Shown here in pieces: positions 34,778 to 46,600 of a stretch of DNA of 64,000 nt. Source of the stretch: Stylophora pistillata (lineage: Eukaryota); assembly GCF_002571385.2 (NCBI RefSeq), contig NW_019218373.1, positions 1 through 64,000 of the forward strand, given 5' to 3'. How positions within the stretch are numbered: the first letter of the stretch is position 1; every line of letters starts with the position of its first letter. The position numbers and the translations under genes were made by a program. The notes under the pieces were generated by a model, which worked only from the letters and a program-made list of their open reading frames with translations, did not search any database and was not told the DNA's origin.

Positions 34778-36108
34778 CAAAATAACAACCTTACCAGTCC
34801 ACTCTTCAATTATCAATGGAGCATATGAAAAATCTGTAAGAATAATTGCGACATCAATAACTGTATTTTCTTGAATAAGCATGCAAATTTTGGCGTATGG
34901 GATGGGTGCTTATTGGAAGGACACTTAATCAAGGGGGGGGGAGTTACAGTATATTAAGCACAGCAATAGGTAAAAAATTAAAAGAAAAGATATTGCACAT
35001 AAAGGAACCCTGCTAGCATGTAGAGATAGAAATAACTGGAAGTGACTTTAATGGAAAGGAAACTATTCTCTAGCACTGATTCCACTGCAGTTGAAGTTTA
35101 CAAAGGCATAAGTAAAGTGGCAATAGAAACAGGTTTTCCTTGTATCCCTAATATTCAAGAAAGTGAGGGAGGAGAGGGGAGCTTGTTTGACCTTATGGCC
35201 TAGGGGGCAGGGGCTTATTACAGCAAAGGTGCCTAGTGTAGGAAATATGGTAAGAACAATACTTTTTCTAGGACAAGTTTGGTTTAAAAAAATTACTAGG
35301 TATTTGATAGTTGTGGGTATATCAGTCATTAATCAACCAGACAGCTGATTTGTGATAAATAATCTAGGAACTTTGCATAAGCAGAATGTTAGATTCTGTT
35401 ACATCAGAGCATACCATTTTCTTCATTCTTGTGACCTTAATGTGTAAGTCAAGGGTGGTATTATGAGAAATTTGAAGCTGGTCACTCTTGGGATCAAAGG
35501 GTTAACAACTCTTTCTAGTGTCTATGTTTTTTATCATCACAGTTATAATTGCATGGAAATACATTTGACAATGTGATTTGGCACCATTTGATTGTCTTTC
35601 AAGTGTATCAAATAATTTGTCACACTTTGTGTATTCTTCTCATTCTAGTTTTGATGCCAGAGATGATGCTGTACGAGACTTCACTACTAACGATGATAAT
35701 TTTTGGAATTTCAAATCCAGTGAAAGATCAGGGTTTCTTATTTCAATTGAATTAATTTTGGTTTTCTAAATGTTTCATAATTTCACCGTAGCTAATTATT
35801 TGTTTCATTGTAAACTTATGGAGGAAAGTCTTGTTTACTTCCACACACATCAAAGCCAAAAAAATTGCAATTATTTAAAATTCTTATTGGTTTTACCATT
35901 GCCTTTTAAGGTCGTGGTAAAGCATTTTTTAAGCCCAGCGAAGTTTATAAAGAACATCAAGTAATAAGTGAGAGTATTATTTGTGAGTTGAAGCTTCTTG
36001 GAAAGTATCAGGCAAATGATGGCAGAAGTTTCCAAGAGCACCATATGAATACTGTATGCTTTTTTTAGTCTACATGTACCACCTTTCAGTAATGAATATT
36101 TAATTTAA

Positions 36109-36890
36109 GGTGGCTCGTACCAGTTTTCATCTTTTTGATGGTTTGTAACTTTGAAAGAATACAACAGAAAGACTGACCAAGGCCAGTTGAAAACTTTTAT
36201 GGGGTTGAATTACATAATCATTGGTTATCCAAAAATAAGTGTCATTTCGTCACTAGCAGTTTCCATGGCAACGCTTTCATAGGCTCATTCAGACGCATAA
36301 AANNNNNNNNNNNNNNNNNNNNNAAAATCTGGATTCTATAAGATCAACATTTGCTCATGATCTGTTTTAGCTACCGCTGACAATTGCGTGTGCTCGCGCG
36401 AGCACCCACGATGTTTACAGACATTTACTGCTAAGAAAATCATTAAACAGCTGTGAAAGACAGCCTCCCGGGCTCATCTTAAAAATCCTACACATGACTT
36501 CTGGCTATATCATATTATTTTTCCTTGAAGTTTCAAAGTCTTCCTCCACTTCAGGTAGATTATCCTTCACTTGAGTTCTTTTTTCGCCATCGCAAGATTT
36601 CATATGGGTTGAATGTTTCTTTTAAATGTGAAGTGAAGCAACCTTTACTTCAGTCTCCGAAAATCATCTTCGTTATCTTAATTTCTATCTCCTGCATTCA
36701 CAGTAGCCGCTCAACATATCAAATACAAGCTCCTAGGTAAACTACCCACAAAAGTAGAAAAAATTCCACGCGCTGCCATCTTTGTTTTGAATTTTCATCT
36801 TTTGATCTCGCACTTCTTTCACACGTTTCTCTTGCGTGCGTCACGCAAGAGTGACCTGTTCCCCGCGCAAGAAAACTGGTACGAGCCACC
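36109..36890. mobile_element. Non-autonomous Kolobok-type DNA transposon
   Basis: Perfect 20-bp TIR GGTGGCTCGTACCAGTTTTC, TTAA on both sides (36105-36108, 36891-36894), RR..YY termini. Contains an N gap at 36303-36323. Confidence 0.8.
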
Positions 36891-37649
36891 TTAATATACA
36901 TTTGCACTACAAAATCTTAAGAGTTTTGACCATTTTAATTGACAAATTTCATTTCTTCGGTAGGACTTCTGCCCTTTTTATTATTATTTTTTTTTGGCTG
37001 AGTTGATGGCATAAGTTAGGCTGGTGAGATCGTTGTTGAATTACAAACAATATTACAATAAAATTATATTACTCGTACAAAAAAATGTTGTTACAAAAGA
37101 CAATTGTGGTTGTTATTTAACGAAATTAACCTGCACTGGACTGCCATCCTGTTCAGGGAGAGTTGCAATACTCAAAGTCACTTCATTTATGGAAATTAGG
37201 ATAAGAGCAAACTTAACTTGTCATAGACTGGATAAATACTTACAGCTCACAAGCCACATTAACCTGATTGCATGTTGTTTCCTTCCAGAAGATTATCCCA
37301 CATCCACAATCACAATATATACTTTTTTTTTCATTCATTTAAGACTGATGCTGGTATCTATATTCACAGAATTAAATTTCCTAATACTTGCATGACATAT
37401 TTACAAAAATGATGTTAAAAACACATCTTTCCAGAACAGTGATACCATAATTATTCATGATTGACTCAACTTTGCCAGAAACAGATCAGAAAACAACAAA
37501 ACAACTTAGACTGTAAAATAAGTTTGACTGTACATATTTACATGAATCTACCAGAAAAAAAAAAAAAAACCAACATATCCTCCTGATTTTCATTGCCAGG
37601 CACCAAGCCTACTAGCCAAGTCTACTAATGTCTTCTTTTCATCTTTAGT

Positions 37650-40600
37650 TTACGTACTAGAGTCCATATCCTGCACTCCTGTCATAGATTCTTCCTCGTC
37701 ATTCTCTGGTAACTCTTCCAAATTCTCCTCATTTTCCTTCAACAGCTCTACCTGGTAATCTGAGGTAGAGTACTCAAAGTAGCTGGCTATGTGATGCTGT
37801 AAGAAGAACAGGACACATTAATTTTTATCATGAGTAGGTACTTGTATGTAATGAGTAAGACAGTCTTGCAGTATCTGAACAAGGCTGTAATTTTAGATTC
37901 TACGAGTATACATCTAAGCTCTGAGTAACCAGTAATTTGAAAGTATTGAGTGAAAATAATCAAACAAAAAACAATCTCAATTTGGCATCCAGGAACCCTA
38001 TGTACCAGTAAGAGAGTTGTGTCAAAAAAAGTTTTCAGTCCCAGAAATTGTTTTTCTTCAAAGCAATAAACAATGTACATGGGATCCACATCCATGATAA
38101 AAAGATAAAAAAGGGCTGTAGGTAAGTCTGAAATCAAGCCTTCTGGGCCTTTCCCAAATGGGCAGGTTAGCAAGAAAGGTTGCCTGTCTGGAAGAGTAAT
38201 TTTCATGCCCTTGATGAATGGAGAGTTCCTCTAAATCTGGATTACCAGTACTCTTAAAATGGTGCACTTTGTTACAGATGGGCAGATATTGAGAGAGCAA
38301 GACTTTCAGCTGTTTGACTGTCAAGCAATTTAATGAAGTGATACATATGATACACGATCCTCGCAGTAGATAGCGCTATTTAAGCAATAGCGAAAATCAG
38401 ACCTGAAAAAAATCAGGCCTGTATGGGATTCGAACCACTGACCTCTGCGATACTAGTGCAGCGCTCTACCAATTGAGCTAACAAGCCAACTGGGAGCAGG
38501 CCGTTAAGTTGATTCGTAATAAACCCGTGAAAGTGATAAATCAGATACAATGAAATAATTATATGAAGTTCATATATTTTGAACTGNNNNNNNNNNNNNN
38601 NNNNNNNNNNNNNNNNNNNNNNNNNNNNNNNNNNTACAGGCCTGATTTTTTTCAGGTCTGATTTTCGCTATTGCTTAAATAGCGCTATCTACTGCGAGGA
38701 TCGTGTATCATATGTATCTAATACCGCAGTTCAAAATATATGAACTTCATATAATTATTTCATTGTATCTGATTTATCACTTTCACGGGTTTATTACGAA
38801 TCAACATAACGGCCAGCTCCCAGTTGGCTTGTTAGCTCAATTGGTAGAGCACTGCACTAGTATCACAGAGGTCAGTGGTTCGAATCCCATACAGGCCTGA
38901 TTTTTTTCAGGTCTGATTTTCGCTATTGCTTAAATAGCGCTATCTACTGCGAGGATCGTGTATCATAATTATGTATCTAATACCGCAGTTCAAAATATAT
39001 GAACTTCATATCTTTCATTGTATCTGATTAATGAAGTGAATAGAAATGATCAAATAGTGAGTAATTAATTACATAAAAACTACCTCTTTGAGTGGCTTGA
39101 TACACTGAACCATGTTTGCCAGCCTAAAGATTGTCCTTACTAAAAGATCCTTCACCTTAAAAAAAAAAAAAAAAAAGGGCAAACTTAAGAGAGCAAAGCT
39201 CCAAGTAAGAGATTAAAAGTCCTAAATCATAGAGGGTGAACCTCAGTGGCATAAAGACCATCACATCTATTGAAGAACAGTAAAGTCTGCATTTGAATCA
39301 GAGAGCACACTCAGTCACTCCTTATCCTGGCTTCTGTGCCATGAAGTGCCTGGATGTATTTTTACTCCACCTGGGTTGGATGCTTGTCCTTCGCAGCTTA
39401 ATACCCCTCATCATTATTTTTGTCAGGCTTCCCTCTACACCCTAACATCAGTATACATATTCCCCACACTGTTCTTTGTGCATTTCCTAAGGTGCTCATA
39501 AGGAGAACTTGTTTAACAATCAAGAGCTGCTCTAGTTGATGATCATTTCCTTTATTCTCGTGACCATAGTGTTGATTCAGGAGTGATATACTAAGGAGAA
39601 ATTAGATGCTGGTCACTCTCATGGGGTGAATTTTAAGGATTCCAAGGTGGAGAGGAGAAATGTGAGGGTAAAGTGCCTAGCCCTCATATTGAATGAAAAC
39701 ATCAATAATCCATTGTACCTTGGTTCTGCTCATGAATGCAGCCCTTGGATCTTTGATATCCCCATTCAATGTTCTCAGCTTGTTGGTCAACTTTTCCAGA
39801 GATGGCTTGATAAAGAATATAACCAGAAAATAATTATTGCCACTGACAGTAATAACTCAATCATATGTCAGGTCTCACACATTTACATTTAAGGTGGTAA
39901 GGGTACCATGGTACTCTTGTATACCCACTGGTGAAAATGTGTATTTGTGAAGTCTAAAAAATTAATCTGTTGTGTAACCTGGTGAGATTCATGCAAAAAA
40001 TTCAGTCAATGAAAACTTTTAATTCAAGGTGATTTCTTTGAAATGAAAACTGTTGAAATATTTTTTGGAAACTTTCCTGTTTTGAGAACTACAATTATTT
40101 GGTCCCCATGCTTGTTCAAGAGAATCCTATATACATATACAGTATCTTGAAAAAGTAAAACAATTAATGAAAATTTTCTTTAAGAGAGGTCTGAGGAAAT
40201 GTTTAGCCACTTTGAAACTTGGAAAAATTCCTTATCATTTGCATTTGCCTCTACTCACTGGAAAAGTACTTCAAAAGGCTTTGATAGCTTAATCATGAAT
40301 AATGATTTACCCTCTCTTTAGATGGCAAGTCCTCACTTCCAACAGCAAAGCTGATCAATGAGATAATTGTGTGCAACAAGAAATAGTCTGAGTCATCTGT
40401 AGGTTTAATCTGCGATACAAGTTTAATCAAACTGGCTACCTGTAAAAAATGGGCAGAAAAAAAGGAATTCCTTGACCTACTGAGAGCTTGTGTTTTTTAA
40501 AAAATGTTGCATTGCAGCAAATTTTAAGACTACCATTTCCCTTTCCAACCATCAAGGATGCCCTAATCTGCAAGTACAGGTTTTTAACTTTTTGATTTAA

Positions 40601-43600
40601 CAGTACATGAATATGGACATTGCAAAGGGACTATATTTTTTCCCTAGGAATATCATCGTGTTCATTCTTTGTTACACTCAACAGGTCCTCTCAAGCATGT
40701 TTCCCTATCACAGCAGACTACCACAAAGTGACTGTAAATTGTATGTAAATGGTTGTAATTTTAAAAAACCCACACAACTTAACAAAAATCTCTTCACCAC
40801 TTACACAAACCCCCCTTGATACTAACAGTAATTTCTTGGTGCCCTTTTTTCTTTTCCCGGAAGTGAAAGGGTTCACTTATTCACAGTTGTTGCAATAAAC
40901 TAATTCTCATTAACCTGCTAACCCTTTAACTCCCAGTCATGATTAACATGTAACTTCTCCCTATAATATCCATACATTATCCAGCAAATAGGTAATGAGA
41001 ATACTCAAACTTGTCAGTTAGAAGGTATCTTGATCTAAAACCCAACTCCTGTAACTAATTTACCAGAAAATGTGTAGATGCCAGAGGGGAGAGAGAATAA
41101 AGAACAAGATCTTTAGAATTCAATGGTTGGTATTATTTTTTTCTTATTCATCCAACCATCTCACCTCAACATTGTCTGGAACAGTTCCGTTGCATCTGTC
41201 ACCATCTGGGTTTTCTTCAATTTCCTCACGGCTATGAAACTTGGGCACCAACCAGTGAACCAGTGTCAAACTAAGATGGCGCTGAAGCTCAATGCCATAA
41301 GTTGATGGGGGCTGAATCTCCACAAGATGCAACAGGTTCCGATGGTTTGTGCTCAGTTTTGTCAAAATACCACACAACTCTTTAATCTGAAATGTACAAA
41401 CATGTCACACATTCAGTCAACTCTACTCTGCATACAGAGTTCACTGCTCTTTGAAAACCAGAAATAATTGCCTTTTGATAAGGCCACTCGACGTAGAACT
41501 AGCCATCTCCTAGCATGATTAGAGGCAAGGGAGAAGAATGCTGCAGTTGTGAGGTTGGAAGCCATCAGTGCATGGAAAAGATAATAATTTTACTGACTCA
41601 TTCGTAGTTAACCTTCACAAAACTCCCGCTAGAGATCTAAATGGCTCTTTGGTAAGCCTCCAATCACAGAAAAAGCATCAAGACAATTGAACAAATCTGT
41701 TCATTATTTTCAAATAGTGCAGTTATTTTTGCTCTACATTAATTTATAGAGCCATTTTGTCTTCCTCTCTCTCCTATGAGAGTACTTCCTCACATGATTG
41801 TAAAAGGAGAGGAGATGTTTTCTTCCAATAAGGTATTTATCTAAGTGCTCGGCATCACATATTTAGATCTTGTCCTGATTGTAGGTTTGATCTTGCTAAT
41901 TTACAGTTAGCAAGCCTTCTCATCAGAGTTTGGGAAGACACCTCACACGCCTGACAGGCTTAAATAACTGATAGCCCAACAGAGACACTAGAGTCAGTAC
42001 CTCATCAGGCCACTGTGTCTCTCCAAAACAGCTTAGCACTGCTGCAATACACATCTCAATATCAAACACTACAGTTTGAAGTCTAGTATCTAGAGCCAAG
42101 CGACACATCAGCACCATGAGGTTTCTTAAATCCTGAACAGTGTACAACTGAGGACACTTTTGAAGACTGTGAGTAAGCAGCTGAACAAGGTGCATCACAT
42201 TGATTAGAGGAAAAGATTCAGTCTGCATTACACCTCCAACTGTTTCTTCTTCCATATGGATTGCATCTGAAGAGTTCTCACTTAACAAAACTTCACTTAT
42301 ATTCAATTGATTAACAAGCTCTCCAGGATAAAGCCTTGGAATCCTAGCACCATAGGAAAACAGCTCTTTTAAGACTGTCTTGATACCAGGAACCCACAGG
42401 GTACCTCTGGAGTTTGCTGGGATATCATCTCTATCCTGCGATAAAGAATACATGTCATTTGCTCTATGAGACAAGATTACAACAAATCACTGTTACAATA
42501 AACAACAGTTTTCATGCCACCTTGAATCAATGTAAATTAAACACAGTGGACTTATGTAAAACACCATCCAAAAGTCTACGAGTTAATTCCCCAAACTAAT
42601 GGAAATTTTGCACATGTCATACCTTATTTGGAGTGTTTCACAAAGACATCTGCCATAGGTTATACACCTCTACTAACTTAAATCTGATGCAAGCACTCTT
42701 AAATAAAAATTGAACCTTCAACTAGTTCTTGATTTGGATGCTATTTTTGCCAAAGAGTGCTCACTTCATTTTTAAGCCTTGTCTCCAAGAGCAAGATCAT
42801 TTTTTTCCAACTATGTTTCATTTAAACTGTCTACCATTACCAGATCCTATTCTGCTTGAATTGCTTTGGGAGAACAAGATTAAAAGAGAAAGCAAGGTCT
42901 CGAAAGTTGTAATTCCATAATGTATGAACCACATTACATGTAATTCTGTGTGCAACACAAGATTTTTTTGCTTTGGAAGTTAGTTGTCATTCTGCATACC
43001 AAATAAGCTTTATATGTTGCTTTAGGCCCGTAAAAAAAATTCGTAATGAGTGAAAATGAGAACATTAATTTTTTCATCATGGCAGCCCCTCAAAGCACTG
43101 TGCTAGATGTACATCTACCTCTGTAGCTGCTTCCAGCATGATCCAAAGGACTTGAAAACATGTGTTGATGATATGCTGATCTGTGTGACGACACATGATC
43201 TGGAATAGCCATTCTGCCACTTCAGATGGGCAGAGTGTATCCAGGTAATGCTGCAGTACCCATCCTCCACACAACAACTCCTGCAGCTCAATGTCTGAAG
43301 CTGATACCAGCTTTGCCTCAAAAGAATTGCCATGTGGATGAGGAACCATTGACAGATGGGGAAAATCTTGAGACTGAACAAAAAAACATTACAATCAAGT
43401 GTAATGCTCTCATAACACTTTTAAAATAAGTAGATATATTTTCTAAGAGAGGGTCAGCCATTGAATTCAACTGTGAAAGACAATGGAAACTTCAGAAACT
43501 TACTGTAACATTAGGATGAAACACTGGGAAAATATCCTCTCCAGGCAGCTCTTCAGAAAAATCATGCACCTCCACAAGAAACTTTTTAAAGTCCTGAGGT

Positions 43601-46600
43601 AAGGAGCAGTCTCTCAGGTCACGTCCATCTGCATTCGAAGGTAAAAGTATGAGTGTAAGTACTGTTCAAACCTTCAAGTGTACTGACTATCTTGCACAGC
43701 AACACAACAAATCCATTGTATGAGTGGTTATAATATACATATTCTTGTGAAAAAAATTGTTGTTTAAATAATAGTATGGGTACATGTCGATTGTGTGATG
43801 TGATTGTCTAGTTGAAGGTAAATGCAGTCTTTTTATAGACTGTTGCTGGTGACAGCAAATAATTTTTTGACAATCTGAGTAGATTCCAATTGACCACAAT
43901 AATAGCCAGAATCATATGTCTCCTTTCAAATTGTCAAAGAAATTTCCTATCCACAACAATCCTTATCAGGACTCCCCTCTGCCAAACATGATCTAATGTA
44001 TCCAATTTACAAAAGGTATAACTTGTATCCTGTCTAAGGATAAACAACGAAAAAAGAACAGGTATAAAACTCTTATTTGGAGAAGTGTATAACCTGAGTA
44101 TCAGGCTTTTGGGGGAAACATCAGGCTCTCGGGGGAAAAATTAGGGGAGAGGGAAAGAGGGGAGAGCCTGACACAAAACAATCTAGAAGCCATTCCGCCC
44201 CCTTCTTAGACTCCCCGTTGATGTAAGAAAAGTAGCCAATCACAATCACTTAGGTTGTCATGTTGTCACGTCAAAACACACATCATGGCCAGATCATTTT
44301 TTGGCATGAAATCGTCTAAGCCCTTGACAGTGTGTCACTGAATGTAAAAAAGAATAAAAAATCTGCAAAATCAATTTGATAGTAAGGTGAAACAAGCTGC
44401 ATCAGTTCCTTTGTTAACCGAAACAACAAACAAAGAGCTTTTAAACTCCGTTGGGAAGAAATCCCTTGTATTACACGATCTTCTTTGGTTTATCGGCATA
44501 AACATCCGAGCTTCCAATCAATGTTTCGTGTGTGTGAAGTGCGCCAGAAAGGTAGTTAATTGCTACAAGATATCTAAAGGGCTCAAGGAAGCTTTAAAAG
44601 AAGCAGTTAATGGCGTAGGTTCCCCTGAAAGAATTCAGCAGGCGGTAATTCATGAACTTTCACCTACGGGTGTAACTCCATCGGGAAAACGCCGAAAACC
44701 AACGCGCAATGGAACAACGATGACAACAACGGAACTTTCGAGTAAAAGATAATTATTCAAAGCACATACAGACCTGATGAAACTTCAGTTGAAGATGCTA
44801 TTAGTAATCTAATGAACATTGATGTATGTTGTGATGTAAACGTGCCACCTTTAGTCAAGGTAAGGCTGAAAGCATGTTTACGTTGATCAGAATAATTCTT
44901 TGATTGTTAAAACTGTTAAAATTACTTGGGTTACAATGCTTCTTTTATGACTACTACTGTCTAAGAATATATCTTCATTATTCGAAGATAAGCTGATTTT
45001 AAAATAAAAGTATCTTAACACGAGTGACAATAGAGAATATCCGCCGATCCTGAGCTATTATAACTTAATGAATTTTCACATTTAAGATATTGCATGCATC
45101 GCTTCTGCTCGGTTTTCAGCGAGATGCCAGGAAATATCTTGAGGCTTTCTTCGAGGGCTTTTTCAAATTCTTCCTGATCCATTTAGACTTTTTTTTTAAC
45201 AAGAAATATGGTAAATAACGTCTGTCACGTCTCACAAAAACAAGATGGCGGAGCATGGCACCTACATGTGGAATTTCACTTCCGTTTTGGGTTCCTACTG
45301 TTTAAGTGACAAATCAAAATAACATTCGGAATCCGAATGTTTGACACGACTTTTAATGGCTTTTGTGTCAGGCCTTCCTTTCTCCCCTCCCCTCCCCTCC
45401 CCCCTAAACCCTAACCCCCAACCCCCATTAAAAGGCCTGATACTTGGGTTAAGAAGTGTATAGTGTAATAAGCACAAAATTTAACTGGTTGAGACTTTGG
45501 GAGATAATTGGGGCACTATTAATAGTTACTCAAACAAAAATCCTCCTTGCTGTAAATTCCTTACTTGTCTTGCTAAAATCTTTTCAGAATTTTTTTCAAC
45601 CAAGACCAAAACTGTTGTGAATGACACGAGATGACAATTCTTATCATAGAATTTGACTAATTTGAATTATCATTTTACATTGTACTCCTTCTTTCATGAT
45701 GAATTTAGCAGGTGGTGTTAAGGGGTGTGTCTCTCTCCAAGTTATCCACTCAAAGGAAACTTACCATCGGTCAGTTCCTCCTCTGATTCTATGTCACTGA
45801 AGGTACTTGGAACCGGCAGTTGACCAATGCCTCCATTATCTATCCCTTGCTGTAACTCTTCCTCCATCTTAGCAAGTTCAGCATTCCTTTCTCTGTGCTT
45901 TGCTTTGTCAGCAATTAACTTGTCAAATGAGAGTTTATACTTGACAGTCTTCTCCTCTCCCTCTCCTCTGGCAACTGGGGAGGGGGTAAAATAAGCTGGA
46001 GCAACTCCTTTTTCAGGAGTGCAAATATCTGGTTTCAACCTTGTCTTTTCATAGAGAAATCTTGGCGGAGTTAACAGATCCTCATCGGAAGAATCGGAGC
46101 GTTCAGGTAAAGTTCCTTCATCCTCTTGACAAAAATTATTGCTGCTAATGAATTGGTCCCTGTCTTTATCAAATTCTTCTTCTTTACCTTCATCAGAGCT
46201 GCTATCTTGGTCTGCTCCCTTGTAAGGAAGCATGCCAGAATCTGTAGAAGAACCACAATCAACAATAGTCTCCTCAACATGTGCATCAAATTTGACTATA
46301 TAGTCACTGTCGCCAACTATACTTGTGTGAGGTCTCTCCATAAAATCTTCAAAAATATTGTTGTTACTGACTTTTACACTGTTAATCTTTGATTTTAATG
46401 ATGTTAATGCTCCTGTTGGTGATATGCTCACAGAATCACAATCTTTTCCACTTCCTCTTTCATTCAACATGTCATCACCTTGTTCTTTTTTCTTTAAAAC
46501 TTTAAAACTCTTTTCTTTGTTCTCCAAATCTTCAACAGTCAACTCTTGGTGGATTTGATTGTACGCATCTTTTGTAAAAAACAAACTTTCATTTACATCA

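Noticed and set aside
38826-38898. Functional tRNA-Thr(AGT) gene (also 38415-38487 and 24501-24573)
   Set aside because: The T stem and anticodon stem contain mismatches, and each copy is embedded in the same mobile repeat unit. Treated as tRNA-like.
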